From the sequence record ON529860.1: a stretch of DNA of 64,000 bases; one strand, given 5' to 3'. Below, piece after piece: positions 45,541 to 56,358 of this stretch. The position numbers and the translations under genes are program-made. Each line of letters begins with the position of its first letter. Within the stretch, counting starts at the first letter, position 1. The notes beneath the pieces were generated by a model. That model saw only the letters and a program-made list of their open reading frames with translations. It was not told where the DNA came from and did no database searches.

Positions 45541-48366
45541 TTACCCTTCGCACGCGATGCAGGTGCTGTCGTCGAGCGGGTTGGCGCTGAGGCCGTTCGA
45601 CGGCGGCGCCTCGTAGGCCTCGATCACCTTGCGCTCCACCTTGGAGTTGGTGTTCTCGGCGCGACGCGGCGTCGTCGAACGGTAATAGTAGAGGCTCTTC
45701 AGCGGCGCGCCCTCGCCGTCCGGGTCCCAGGCCATGTAGTGGACCTCGGTCGCATAGCCGGCGTCGGCGTCGTGCGGGAAGGCCAGGTTGATCGACTGCG
45801 CCTGGTCGATTTCACCCTGACGGTCACGGGCGTGCTGGACGACCCAGCGCATATCCAGTTCCGTGAAGGTCTTGAACACGGCGCGGACGTGATCCCAGTC
45901 GTCGGCGTCCACGAAGGTGCCGAAGATGTCGTAGACCGCCGGCTCGCCCAGCTTCTCGATACGCACGCCCAGGTTCTGGATCGACCCCTCGTCCGCGACG
46001 ATGGCCTTCCAGACCTCGGCCGTATCCAGGTTCCGCTTGCGCAGTTCACGGATCAGGAAGGGGTTCTTGACCGCGAAGGACCCCGACAGGGTCTTCTGGA
46101 GGTAGGCGTTGGCGCGCCAGGGTTCGACCGACGGCGAGGTGTTGCCGCACAGGATCGAGGACGAGGCGTTCGGCGCGATCGCCAGCTTGTGGGCGAAGCG
46201 TTCGCCGGTGCCGGCCATGTCCGGAGCCTCGCCGCGCTCGGCGCCCAGGACCAGCGAAGCCTGATCGGCGTCCGCCCGGATGTGGCGGAAGATCAGCTTG
46301 TTGATCTCGCGCGCCGCATTCGATTCGAACGCGATCATCTTGCGCTGGAGCAGGGCGTGGAAGCCGAGCAGGCCCAGACCCACCGACCGCTCCTGGGTCG
46401 CCGAATAGACCGCATAGGCCAGTTCCGGCGGGGCGTCGTTGATGAAGACCTCCAGGCAGTTGTCAAGCATCCGCATCAGGTCAGGGATGAACTCCGGCAC
46501 CGTGCTCCACTCGGGATACTTCTCGCCGTTCACCGACGACAGGCAGCAGACGGCGGTGCGCTTGGCGCCCGTGTCGTCGCGGCCGGTCGCCAGGGTGATT
46601 TCGGTGCAGTTGCCGGTCAGCAGGCCGTTGAAGACGCCGCGCGACCGCTGGGATTCGGTGAAGCAGAAGGTGTCCGACTTCCAGGCGAGAGGCTGGACGT
46701 CGACGACGACCGGCAGAGGGGTCAGCTTGCCGATGTGATCTTCCGGCAAACGTGACTCCTGCTTGACCAGCAGGCCCTTGTTCGCCAGGCGATGCACGTC
46801 ATAGACGTTCAGCATGAAGCCGGCGCCGGTGTCGGTGATGCGCACGCGCGGGGTCAGACCGGCCTCCAGGGCCGCCAGGCGCATTTCGCGCACCAGGTCG
46901 GCGTCGGTCGTGGCGACCGACAGGTAATCCCGGAACCCGGTGGCGTCCGCCTGGTCCAGTTCGATCCACTCGCCCGCCGCATCCATGACGCCGGCGAACC
47001 AGGCCAGACGCGCCTCTTGCGACCAGCGCAGGGGCGCGCGGCCCGACGGGATCGTCTGGGGTTCGAAGCGGATGTAGAGACCTTCCGCGACCGTGTCGGC
47101 CTGGGAGTCCACCGACACCGACAACAGCCGCTTCAGGACGCCCACGTCGGTCTCCCGCGCGAACACCGACAGGCGGTTCTTGTCCTCGAAACCGGTGAAG
47201 GTCGCATAGCCCGCCGTGTAGGCGGTGTCGATCGAATGGGCGGCGTCGTTCGGGTTGACGACGGTCGGATGGTTGGCCGGCTCCAGGCGCAGGCCCGGCG
47301 TCAGTTCGCCGGCGCGTTTCAGGCCTTCGGTGGTGTAGAACTTGTGGTGGGGCGTGCAGTCCAGATGCGAACCGTCTTCAAACCAGACGCGCACCAGTTC
47401 CTGGGCCGTGCCGGTCTGCTCGACGGTGGTGACGCTCCAGTCCTCGCCGTTCCAGACCTCGACCTGCCGGCCCTTGAGGGCGCCGATCGGCGCATAACCG
47501 TCGCGGGTCAGGATTTCCGTCTGCGGCGTGACGCACAGGTTGGACTGATTGACGCGCAGGCCCTTGGCCTTCTGCGTCGCCGGCAGGGCGGCGTTGGCGT
47601 GATCGACGAAGAACAGATAGGGCTCGCCCGTCTGCTTGCGGGTCTCGATGATCAGGCGCCACAGAGCGCGGGCGTCCACCGTCTCGGTGACCGCCTTGGT
47701 CTTCGGGTCGACCAGATCGAACGTGCCTTCATCGCCGACGGCCCGCATGAACTCGTCGGTGATGCAGACGGCGTTGTGCAGGTTGGTGAACTTGCGGTTC
47801 TCGTCGCCGCCCGTCGGCTTGCGACCGGTGATGAACTCGACCACCTCGGGGTGGCTGATGTCCAGGTAGGCCGCGTAGGAGCCGCGACGGGTGCCGCCCT
47901 GGCTGACCGACAGGATCAGGCGGTCGACGGTGGCGATGAAGGGGACGACGCCGGTCGAGGCCGAGCCCTTGGAGGTCTTGGCGCCGTTCGAGCGCAGGCC
48001 GCCCCAGTAGCCGCCGACGCCGCCGCCGACCGACGACAGCCAACCCGTCTCGGCCCAGTGATCGAAGATGCCGGCGCGGCTGTCTTCGGCGGTGGTCAAG
48101 AAGCAGGAGATCGGCAGGCCGCGATCGGTGCCGCCGTTCGACAGCAGCGGCGTAGCGAACATGAACCAGCCCTGGGACACGTAGTCGTACAGGCGCTGGG
48201 CATGGGCTTCATCGTCGGCGAAGGCGGCCGAGGCGCGCGCGAAGGCCTCCTGAGGCGAGGTCTCGCCAGGGATCAGGTAGCGGTCCCGGAACGTCTGAAG
48301 GGTGAATTCATCGAACACCTCGTCGCGCGTGAGATTGAGACGAAGAGACGAGCGATCGACAGACAT
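45541..48366 (-). CDS. nrdA: Class I RNR alpha subunit, intein-interrupted
   Basis: ATP.L.N.G..GLPISCF, GGT.RGS, SNL|C.EI, APNASSS, KSLYY, C-terminal CIACEG. Confidence 0.93.
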   Translation of the reverse strand: MSVDRSSLRLNLTRDEVFDEFTLQTFRDRYLIPGETSPQEAFARASAAFADDEAHAQRLYDYVSQGWFMFATPLLSNGGTDRGLPISCFLTTAEDSRAGIFDHWAETGWLSSVGGGVGGYWGGLRSNGAKTSKGSASTGVVPFIATVDRLILSVSQGGTRRGSYAAYLDISHPEVVEFITGRKPTGGDENRKFTNLHNAVCITDEFMRAVGDEGTFDLVDPKTKAVTETVDARALWRLIIETRKQTGEPYLFFVDHANAALPATQKAKGLRVNQSNLCVTPQTEILTRDGYAPIGALKGRQVEVWNGEDWSVTTVEQTGTAQELVRVWFEDGSHLDCTPHHKFYTTEGLKRAGELTPGLRLEPANHPTVVNPNDAAHSIDTAYTAGYATFTGFEDKNRLSVFARETDVGVLKRLLSVSVDSQADTVAEGLYIRFEPQTIPSGRAPLRWSQEARLAWFAGVMDAAGEWIELDQADATGFRDYLSVATTDADLVREMRLAALEAGLTPRVRITDTGAGFMLNVYDVHRLANKGLLVKQESRLPEDHIGKLTPLPVVVDVQPLAWKSDTFCFTESQRSRGVFNGLLTGNCTEITLATGRDDTGAKRTAVCCLSSVNGEKYPEWSTVPEFIPDLMRMLDNCLEVFINDAPPELAYAVYSATQERSVGLGLLGFHALLQRKMIAFESNAAREINKLIFRHIRADADQASLVLGAERGEAPDMAGTGERFAHKLAIAPNASSSILCGNTSPSVEPWRANAYLQKTLSGSFAVKNPFLIRELRKRNLDTAEVWKAIVADEGSIQNLGVRIEKLGEPAVYDIFGTFVDADDWDHVRAVFKTFTELDMRWVVQHARDRQGEIDQAQSINLAFPHDADAGYATEVHYMAWDPDGEGAPLKSLYYYRSTTPRRAENTNSKVERKVIEAYEAPPSNGLSANPLDDSTCIACEG
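46609..47535 (-). mobile_element. Intein (309 aa) at the NrdA active-site cysteine
   Basis: NL|CVTPQT...CTPHHKF...GLLTGN|CTEI. Confidence 0.9.
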
Positions 48367-48445
48367 AGGCGTTTCCGAAGAAAAGGCTCTGCCCAGCAAA
48401 AAGTGCTGTCTAAACAGAGCCTTAGAGATTTAGTGAAAGGTGGTC

Positions 48446-48485
48446 ACTCTATCGAGAAACCGGTTGATTGTCAATTATTACGGCA
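48446..48485 (-). promoter_or_regulatory. RNR operon promoter
   Basis: TGCCGT-N5-TTGACA-17-TAGAGT. Confidence 0.75.
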
Positions 48486-48537
48486 GTCAGTTGGGGAGAT
48501 TGATTCCTTGACAGGCACTCATCCCGAAACGTGACTC

Positions 48538-50738
48538 TTACTCGTCCGCGTACTTCAGATTGGCCGCGCGCAGGATGTCCCTGACATTGCACAGCTTTCC
48601 ATCCAGGGTGTAGCCCAGCTTGGTCTCCTTCATACGGGGACCGAGAATCGTCTGGGCGATCTCCATCAGAGGCGGCGGGTCGTTGAAAGGCACGACGGGG
48701 TGGTTGTCCTCGCGCGGCAGGCGCTTGGACAGTTTCTCGTTGACGGGTTTGCGAGCCATAGGCTAGGCGGCCCCTTTACAGGTCTTGGGATGGGCGTTGT
48801 CCGGGACGACGCAGGTGCGCTCGGTGCGGACGCAGATTTGGCGCGGATGATCGACGTCGATCCACTGTCCCTGGACCAGGCGACGGACCTGGCCCAGTTC
48901 GGTGCGGTAGGCGGCGCAGGTCGTCTCCCAGTACGGCCGGGGCTTGATCACCCCGACCGCTTTGGAGACCTCGTAGGCGCCCCCGGCCGCGCCGGCGAGC
49001 GCCACGAACCAGAACGCGACGCGTAGCTGAGTGACGATGCGCATCAGGCGCCGCGCACCCGGTCGGGATAGGCGGTATGGATCGGGCTCGGGGCCGTGAT
49101 CTTGACCTTGGTGATCCGATGCGGCGGATAGTGGACCAGCACATGCGGCTGGTTCGTCTGGACCGAGCGATAGCCCGTCGCGATGATGGCCGAGACGTGC
49201 TCGCGCGCCGCCGGCATCGACGGCAGGTCGTATTCGTAGACGAGGCCGTCGTCGATATAGACCGAGACGACCCAGTTCTGCGGAATCGTGCCGCCGCCGG
49301 CCGCAGCGGCGTCGCCAGGGCCTCCCCGATAAACGTCGCGGGGCACGGCGCTGCCGCCGCCGAGGGTCGAGACCGCCGCCTCGCCGCCGCCCACGACGAC
49401 GGGAACGTCAGCGGCGGAGGCGTAGGGACGTCCGGACGCGTCTTCGCGCCCCATGCCGAGGAAACCGGGGCTCACGCCCTAGCCCTCGACGGTCGAGACG
49501 GCCCCGGCCAGGGCTTCGTCGGCGGCGTCGGCGATCGCGTCTTCCGCCTCGCCGGCTTCAAGCTGCTGCGTGACGCTGCGCAGGGTCTCATTGACCAGGT
49601 TGACGGCGCTGCGGAAGTCTTCCGGCTGCGTCTGGATGATGTTCGACACCGCCAGGGCGATCACGTCGACGATCGACACCGGGAACGACTTGTCCGGGTA
49701 GAGTTCGTTCATCTTGGCGCCGTGCAGGCCCAGGCCGACGGTGAAACCGCCGCCGGGGGCTTCGGTCAGGGTGATGATGGCCTTGGGGGCTTCGGTCATG
49801 GCGGACTTCTTGGCTTGACGGCGCTGGAGGCGCGACTTGGAGGAGGTGGTCATGAGACTCTTGGGTTAGGCGCCGAGCGGTTCGTCTTCTCGGCGCAGCA
49901 GGTGTTGAATGCGGTTGGCGGCGTCGACCTCGTTGATCGAGCCCGACGCCAGCAGTTCATCCATGCGGTCGGCGATCAGGCCCTCTTCGTCGAGGGTCAG
50001 GACCGCGAGGAGGTAGAGACCCGCCAGCGAGACGTGCTTGCGGATGTCCGGCCGTTCAGGGAAGTTGACGATCAGTTCCACGTCGGCTTCTTCGTCGTCG
50101 CCGACGTCAAAGAGGTCCAGCGTGTATTGCCGCAGCGCGAACAGATCGTCGGTGGGGGTAGAGGACATGACCGGCGGTCTCCAGAACGTCATTGCCGTGA
50201 TTGTTGTCAATCATTGTCATGATGGCTGGCGCCGGTCAACGGTGTTTCCCCTAAGAAACCCTGTCGGTTGAGGGAGTTGACCCGAAGCGCGCAGGAGGGT
50301 GCGGCAGCGGAGTCCACCATTCGTGATAGCCCGGCCAACCGCCCAGATTGACCACGGCGGTGAAGTCGCCGATCGACAGTTCGTAGCCCCGGCCCAGGCA
50401 CAGGGGCGAACCGACATAGGGCGCCTCGGTGACCGGGTTGGTCCACCACAGAACGTCGCCCATGTCCTCGTGCCACTCGTCGATATGTCGGGCGTCAGGG
50501 GACGGCGGGCGCGCGGTCATGCCCATTCTCCCTGATGCAGGCGGCTGTCGCCGTATTGGCGCTCCAGCGGGGCCTTGAAAACGACGTCCTGGGGGCCGGC
50601 GACCTTCTTGGCGTAGGGCGGGATGAAGAGCCCGGACATGCCGGGCTCGTCGATCCAATCCTGCCACTCCGACCGCGCCGCCTGCTCGACCAGATACCAC
50701 TGATCGCGCACCTGGGAGAGGAAGTAGTAGCCTCGCAT
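48538..50738 (-). CDS. Seven small hypothetical ORFs (48538-48759, 48763-49044, 49044-49475, 49479-49853, 49866-50168, 50251-50520, 50517-50738)
   Basis: Coupled starts/stops, codon bias. Confidence 0.55.
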
Positions 50739-51673
50739 CACAGGCACTCGTTCGGCACGAACTTGCGGAACTGGGCGAAGCCCTTGAGATTGCCCTGCAC
50801 CCAGTCAGGCTCGACGTCGAAGGCGATGCGGGCCTGGTGCTCCAGCGGCGAGGCGTGCAACGGCGTGGCGCCGGCCAGGCGCAGATAGAGGTTGAGATCA
50901 GTGTCGATCTCGGGACGGGCGCCGTCGTGCTTGGAATAGCTGACGCGGCAGCAGCGGGCGGTGGAGATCGCCAGCAGCAGAGCATCGACCGGCGACACGC
51001 GTTCGAACGGTCCGCCCAGGTTCTTGACGCCGCACAGGGTGTCGATGATCTGGTAGGCGAGCGGATGACGATTGAGTTCGAGGACCACCCGCTTGGCGTC
51101 GGCGATGTCGTCTTCGGTGACATAGGGCAGATGCCAGTCGCCTTCGCGCAGCAGGCGCGGTTCGGCGTCCTGGCGCGCCTGCTTGATCGCCTGGGCCAGA
51201 TGCATGATCTCGTCCTGGGCGTCGGTGTGGTCGCGCAGGGCGTCGAAGTTCGACCAGGTGGTCGAGGTGGCGACCACCTCGATATAGCCGAACCACTCCA
51301 GCGGCCGGTTGACCCACTGCTTGTGCACGTTCAGGCCGTCCTTGGCCGCCAGCAGACGGGTCTTCTCCAGGACGAAGTCCGCCATCTCTCGCCAGATCGC
51401 CTCGGCCTCGGCCTGCTTGTCCGGCGACAGGAAGTCCCCCGGCTGCATGCCGGGCTGATTGACGCGGAACTGCGGGACGTAGATGTCGGCGTCGCGGATC
51501 GTCAGCGAGGCGTGAGGAATGGCGCGGCTCGACGAAGCGTTGCGGCTGAAGACGCGGTGCGTCATGAAGTCGGCGTGCACCATGCGCGGGTAGCGCAGTT
51601 GCAGGGTGTCGATGCGCTCGCCGTCCTCGGTGATCGAGGAGGCGATGGATTTAGCGGTGATTTGAGGAATCAT
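50738..51673 (-). CDS. thyX: Flavin-dependent thymidylate synthase-like protein
   Basis: THRVFSRNASSSRAIP variant of the ThyX motif, HKQ..NR, HASP.EH. Confidence 0.75.
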   Translation of the reverse strand: MIPQITAKSIASSITEDGERIDTLQLRYPRMVHADFMTHRVFSRNASSSRAIPHASLTIRDADIYVPQFRVNQPGMQPGDFLSPDKQAEAEAIWREMADFVLEKTRLLAAKDGLNVHKQWVNRPLEWFGYIEVVATSTTWSNFDALRDHTDAQDEIMHLAQAIKQARQDAEPRLLREGDWHLPYVTEDDIADAKRVVLELNRHPLAYQIIDTLCGVKNLGGPFERVSPVDALLLAISTARCCRVSYSKHDGARPEIDTDLNLYLRLAGATPLHASPLEHQARIAFDVEPDWVQGNLKGFAQFRKFVPNECL

Positions 51674-51912
51674 TCGGAAGGCTTCCAGTCCTTGGACCAG
51701 CTTTGCTTGATCGCGGCGGTGAAGAGTTGAACGGGGCGGCTGTAGAAGTCGGCGAAGGCCTCCCAGGCGTCGCCCAGGGCGCTGGGAAGGACCCAAAGGA
51801 CGGTCGGGGCCATGCCGACCACCATCACCGGCACGGCGATGAAGATCACCGCCAGGCGTCGCAGGAAGGTGGAGCGGATGCCGCCGATCAGGCCGTTGGG
51901 TCCGGGAGCCAT
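51670..51912 (-). CDS. Small membrane protein
   Basis: One hydrophobic helix, coupled to neighbours. Confidence 0.5.
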   Translation of the reverse strand: MAPGPNGLIGGIRSTFLRRLAVIFIAVPVMVVGMAPTVLWVLPSALGDAWEAFADFYSRPVQLFTAAIKQSWSKDWKPSE

Positions 51913-52532
51913 CAGACGATGGCCGGGCCGGTGGTGAAGGTCGCCAGCGGCACGGCGTGCGCCGGCGCCAGCAGCAGGGCGGTGTCACGCAGTTCGCGAA
52001 CCGTGCGATCGTTGACGATCGTCAGGTCGACCCGCAGCAAGGGGATTTCGCGTTCCGAGGCGTGGGCGCCGTAGACGTCCATGATCTTCTGATCGTCGCC
52101 GTGGTTGTTCATCTTGCGCGGGTCGGTGATCTTGACCAGAGACGCGCCCATGGAGCGCAGCATGGCCGCCTCGTTCAGGAAGCGGCAGTCGGAACAGATC
52201 ACGCCTTCGGCCCCATCACGCAGCAGGTCAGAGACCGTGCGTTCGAACGCCTTGACCCAGGTATCGTCGAGGTAGCCCCGGAACATCTCGGTGCCGATCC
52301 GCTGAAGCAGTTCGCGCGGCGATTTGAACGGATAGCGATCCAGCGGCGTCTCTTTCAGCACCGGGTCGAGCATCTCGATGTAGGAGACGCCGTAGACGCG
52401 ATGGCAGACGTCCCGCACCGGGTCGGCGAAGTTGACGTGGGCGTAGCCGTAGGTTTCGGTCAGGGCTTCGGCGGCGGTGGTCTTGCCATGGCCGCGCAGT
52501 CCGGTGAACGCGATGATGGGGCGGGCGCTCAT
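51912..52532 (-). CDS. Deoxynucleoside monophosphate kinase
   Basis: GLRGHGKTT, NFADP, PRELLQRIGTE, SDCRF.NE, H.SE. Confidence 0.88.
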   Translation of the reverse strand: MSARPIIAFTGLRGHGKTTAAEALTETYGYAHVNFADPVRDVCHRVYGVSYIEMLDPVLKETPLDRYPFKSPRELLQRIGTEMFRGYLDDTWVKAFERTVSDLLRDGAEGVICSDCRFLNEAAMLRSMGASLVKITDPRKMNNHGDDQKIMDVYGAHASEREIPLLRVDLTIVNDRTVRELRDTALLLAPAHAVPLATFTTGPAIV

Positions 52533-52556
52533 GGGCGCAGTCCTTTCAGGCAAGGG

Positions 52557-53921
52557 TCAAACGAGGATTTTGAGGGTTTCAGCGGCGCGGGTGATGCCGG
52601 TGTAGAGGTGCTTGTCCGCGTCCTCCCGGAAGCAGCCCGACTCGTCGATGAGCACGACATGGTCCGACTGCGAGCCCTGGAAGTTGTGCACCGTCAGCGC
52701 ATAGGCCCAGTCGAGTTGGATCAGACGCTGCTTGGCCCGGTAGGCCGAACGGCTGTCGGTCGAGAAGGAGTTCTTCTTGGTCGTGTAGTGCTCTTCGAAC
52801 AGGCCCTGGAAGACGGCCTTGTCCATGTATTGCGCGCCGTCCTCGTCCTCGAACGACATGCGGCAGGCGTTCTGACCCGGCGAGAGATGGACCTGTTCCG
52901 ACAGGCAGGTCGCCAGGGCGCCGTTGACCAGAGCCGGATGCTCCTTGGAGTTCTTGCGAACGATCAGCGGCTCGCCGCCGACCGGGCCGGAGGCCAGGCC
53001 TTCGCGATACATCCGCGTGATCCGCCACCGCGTGCGGTTGGTGCCGCACAGCACCTGAGGCACCTCGACGTCGAGACCCTGACGACGTTCCGCCGCCGCC
53101 TGGATGGCGCTCTCGGGGTCATAGTCGCGACGGCTCAGAACCTCGGCGCGCACGACGCCCGAGGAATCCTTGAACTGCCCCATCGGCAGGTCCTTGCCCT
53201 GACGGGCCAGGGTGGCAAGCTGGATGATGGGGTTGTCGGCGGCCTGGCGGTGGATTTCGGTAAGGAAGAAATCGGGGTCGCCCGCCGTCAATCCAGGCTT
53301 GTCGCCGACCGGGGGAAGCTGGCCCGGATCGCCCATGGCGATGATCGGCACCTTGAACGACATCAGGTCACGCGTCATCTGGAGGCCGACCATGGAGGCC
53401 TCGTCGACGACGATCACCTTCTTGTTGGCGATCGCGCTGTCGCCGTTAAGCTGGAAGTTGATGCGGTCCTCGACGTAGCAGTTCTCCAGGTCGGCTTCGA
53501 GGCGGCGGATCGTGGCCTGGACCTTGACGATCTCGGCATGAGCGCCGCCCGACTTCAGCAGGACGTCGCGCGCGACCTGGGCGGCGTACAGTTCGTTTTC
53601 CAACTGGCCCACAGGCGCCGGCTTGGCGCGATAGATGGCCGAGTGGATCGTCGAGGCGAACGGCAGGGCGAACTTCTGCGCCTTCAGCTTGGCGCTCATG
53701 ATCTTGGCGGCCTTGCCGGTCGGCGCGCAGAAGCCGATCTCTTCCGGCTTGAAACCCAGATCATCCAGAATGAACGGCAGGATGGTCGACTTACCGGTGC
53801 CCGCGTAGCCGCCGATATAGGTGACGTCCTCCGGATACTCGCCTTTCAGGCGGGCCGTGACGACGCGCACGGCATCGCCCTGGTGTTCGGTAAGGGTGGT
53901 CATATCCGAAAGGTGCGCCAA
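52557..53921 (-). CDS. RecD/Dda-like SF1 helicase
   Basis: GYAGTGKS, TIHS, VDEASM, GD..QLPPV, HRQA, YALTVH..QGS, YT.ITRA. Confidence 0.9.
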   Translation of the reverse strand: MAHLSDMTTLTEHQGDAVRVVTARLKGEYPEDVTYIGGYAGTGKSTILPFILDDLGFKPEEIGFCAPTGKAAKIMSAKLKAQKFALPFASTIHSAIYRAKPAPVGQLENELYAAQVARDVLLKSGGAHAEIVKVQATIRRLEADLENCYVEDRINFQLNGDSAIANKKVIVVDEASMVGLQMTRDLMSFKVPIIAMGDPGQLPPVGDKPGLTAGDPDFFLTEIHRQAADNPIIQLATLARQGKDLPMGQFKDSSGVVRAEVLSRRDYDPESAIQAAAERRQGLDVEVPQVLCGTNRTRWRITRMYREGLASGPVGGEPLIVRKNSKEHPALVNGALATCLSEQVHLSPGQNACRMSFEDEDGAQYMDKAVFQGLFEEHYTTKKNSFSTDSRSAYRAKQRLIQLDWAYALTVHNFQGSQSDHVVLIDESGCFREDADKHLYTGITRAAETLKILV

Positions 53922-54074
53922 GGGGTCTTGGACGGGATCACACTGAAGGAGGTCGGCAGCCGATCAGGCGCACGCACGCTCCCCCAGTCGAACCGACTGA
54001 GAGCGATGGAGAGGAAACGGGTGAGAGGGAAGCGCCCCGCCCGGTTCACCGGGCGGGGCCTTCAGCCACGTCGC

Positions 54075-54911
54075 TTAGAAGCGACGGCCACGGCCGGCGG
54101 GGGCCGCCGCTGCGGGAGCGGCTTGCTCCTGGGTTTCCGCCGGAGCGGCGTTGGCCGAGCGGGGGGTGCCCGCCGAGGCCGGGGCGTCGCGACGTCCGCC
54201 GCGCTTCGGCGCTTCAGCGGCCGGTTCCGGAGTGGGTTCCGGCGCCGGCAGCGCGGCCTGCTGGTTCACTTCGCCTTCGGCGGCGTAGTCGTCGGCGTTG
54301 GAGCCTTCGCCTTCCTTGTAGCCGGCGAACTCATCCTGGGTGATCCAGCCCTTGATCGTGAACTTCGGCGCGTGCTTCTTGACCTTGCGGCCGCCGTCGC
54401 GGGGCTTGGCTTCGAACTCGTTGGCGCCGAGTTCGATGACCGGGACCATGCCGGGGTTGTTCTTGAACTGGCGCGCGAAGTCCTTCATGACCGCTTCCAG
54501 GGCGTTCATCTTCGAGCGGTTGTTCGCCTGGAACAGCAGGGCCGGGGCGTCGCCCTCGATCGGCACGAACTCGATCGTCTTCTGCTCCGACCAGCCGTCG
54601 TCCTGGCCGTAGGGGCCGTAGTCGGGCAGCAGGTGCTTCTGCGGCGGAACGCCCTCTTCGAGGGTCATCATGATCTCTTCCTGGACCTTGCCGTCCTTCC
54701 AGCAAATCCAGCCGCGCTTCAGCGTGCGCGGGTCCATCGCCGCCTGGGTGCCGATCTCCAGATCGGTGTCGTCGGCGCCGTAGCTGTAATAGCCGTCGTT
54801 GCCGTTGAACTTCAGGAAGGCCGATCCGCCGCCACCGCCACGGTAGCTTTGGGCTTCGGCCGCGAGGGCGGCGTAATAGTCGTCCGTGGACGTAACGAGA
54901 GCGTTGCTCAT
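54075..54911 (-). CDS. Putative single-stranded DNA-binding/annealing protein
   Basis: LKF..G..GWI.W..GWS.Q..P.IEL..P.F.I.GW core, low-complexity tail, location among replication genes. Confidence 0.6.
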   Translation of the reverse strand: MSNALVTSTDDYYAALAAEAQSYRGGGGGSAFLKFNGNDGYYSYGADDTDLEIGTQAAMDPRTLKRGWICWKDGKVQEEIMMTLEEGVPPQKHLLPDYGPYGQDDGWSEQKTIEFVPIEGDAPALLFQANNRSKMNALEAVMKDFARQFKNNPGMVPVIELGANEFEAKPRDGGRKVKKHAPKFTIKGWITQDEFAGYKEGEGSNADDYAAEGEVNQQAALPAPEPTPEPAAEAPKRGGRRDAPASAGTPRSANAAPAETQEQAAPAAAAPAGRGRRF

Positions 54912-54963
54912 CTTCTTCTACTTCTAAATCTAAGACTAAGTCTAAGGGGTTGGGGGTTTCCCG

Positions 54964-55010
54964 CCCGACTACGCGCCGGGCGGGAGTTGTCCTCCCGACT
55001 ACGCGCCGGG
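54964..55010. repeat. 17-bp direct repeat (period 30) in the SSB leader
   Basis: CCCGACTACGCGCCGGG at 54964-80 and 54994-55010. Confidence 0.9.
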
Positions 55011-55117
55011 TGAACGGGGTCTTTCGTCAGACCATTTTGCGTTTTGTTGTTATTGTCGAGAGGTGGCTTCGACGAATATAGTCTTAGCACAAATCTCATC
55101 TTGTCGGAAGTAAAACG

Positions 55118-56215
55118 CTACTCCTCGTCAGAGATTTTTGGACCCTTTTCCTTAATGGTGAGGCGATCGTGACCTTCCGACGTCTTGGTGAAATCATCCA
55201 CCGGAAGCCCTGCGGCCCGCATGGCTTCAACGTCGTAGGTCTTCCTGCCCTTCATCCAGGAGAGGGAAACCTTCGCCAGACCGGGCACCTCGGCCCGACG
55301 AACTCCAACGTCGCGGAACCAGGCCTTAAGTCTCTCTGAGGCTGACCTGTATGCCGCTTCCGAGGCCTTGCGCGCTGCGGACGCCGCCCGCTCTTCGCGC
55401 AAGATGTCCTCGAATTCCTTCATGATCGGCATCGCCATATTGCTGGCGTTGGCTTCACCCTGGGTCGGCGTGGAAAGCCGCGACGCCTTGGCGCAAGCCT
55501 GGGTGAACTTGCAGTAGGTGCAGCCGCCGTCGACCTTGCCCTCGGGATAGACCTGGCCGACATCCTTGATGGTGTAGACCGATCGGGCGCGCTCCTTGGC
55601 GATGTCGTAGGTGTGCTGATCGAACGGGATCACGAACACTTCGATGTCGTCGAAGAAGGAGGCGTCGATGTAGACGATCACCGCATAGTTCGGCCGATAG
55701 TCGGTCGTCTCGCGGATCGTGCCCATCTGCACCTGGGTCTGGCCCCGGTGAATCCCCTTCTCCTCCTTCAGATTTACGCGGGGATCGATCGACTTGATCT
55801 CAAAGTTGAAGCATCCCGTGCCGCCCAGGCTGGGAATGCCGTAGACGGCGAGGGCGTCGTCGTCGGCGTCGATGACCAGACCGTCCGGCGTGGCGGTGAG
55901 AGGCGCGTCGGCGGCTCGGAACGTCTGCTGGTCGTCGCCGCCCCAGATCAGGCGGGTGTCCCAGAAGTAGTTCTCCAGAAACCACTTGACCGCCGGCTCG
56001 GCGAAGTGCTGCTCGATCAGGTCGCCGCGTTGCAGGGCGCCCCAGCTTTCGACATAGTCCTTGTCGACCTCGCCGCCGTGCTTGGCGAACCACGTCTTGC
56101 GCAGACAGCCGAACGCCTCCGAGGCGCCGACCGTCTTGGAGCGGTCATGCGCCCAGACTTTCTGGTGGCCCTTGACGTAGGTGTCGTAGGCTTCCTTGAA
56201 GTCGATTTCAGCCAT
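55118..56215 (-). CDS. Cas4-like PD-(D/E)xK exonuclease (solo)
   Basis: CLRK.W, ATPDG...EIKS, Q.Q..M, CTYCKFTQAC Fe-S motif. Confidence 0.85.
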   Translation of the reverse strand: MAEIDFKEAYDTYVKGHQKVWAHDRSKTVGASEAFGCLRKTWFAKHGGEVDKDYVESWGALQRGDLIEQHFAEPAVKWFLENYFWDTRLIWGGDDQQTFRAADAPLTATPDGLVIDADDDALAVYGIPSLGGTGCFNFEIKSIDPRVNLKEEKGIHRGQTQVQMGTIRETTDYRPNYAVIVYIDASFFDDIEVFVIPFDQHTYDIAKERARSVYTIKDVGQVYPEGKVDGGCTYCKFTQACAKASRLSTPTQGEANASNMAMPIMKEFEDILREERAASAARKASEAAYRSASERLKAWFRDVGVRRAEVPGLAKVSLSWMKGRKTYDVEAMRAAGLPVDDFTKTSEGHDRLTIKEKGPKISDEE

Positions 56216-56358
56216 TACGGATTTCGTGACTCATTCAGACCGGCGCGGCGCCGGACATGTTGGGCGGGTCGCCGGGCATGAAGAGCGCGACGAGCAAAAG
56301 CAGGAGGGCGAGGGCTTCCATCACAACAACAGGATGAAGCGCGGCAGGAGCGTCTCGG

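Noticed and set aside
55118-56215. Cas4-like gene suggesting CRISPR
   Set aside because: No repeat-spacer array or other cas genes. Solo Cas4-like nucleases are common in phage replication modules
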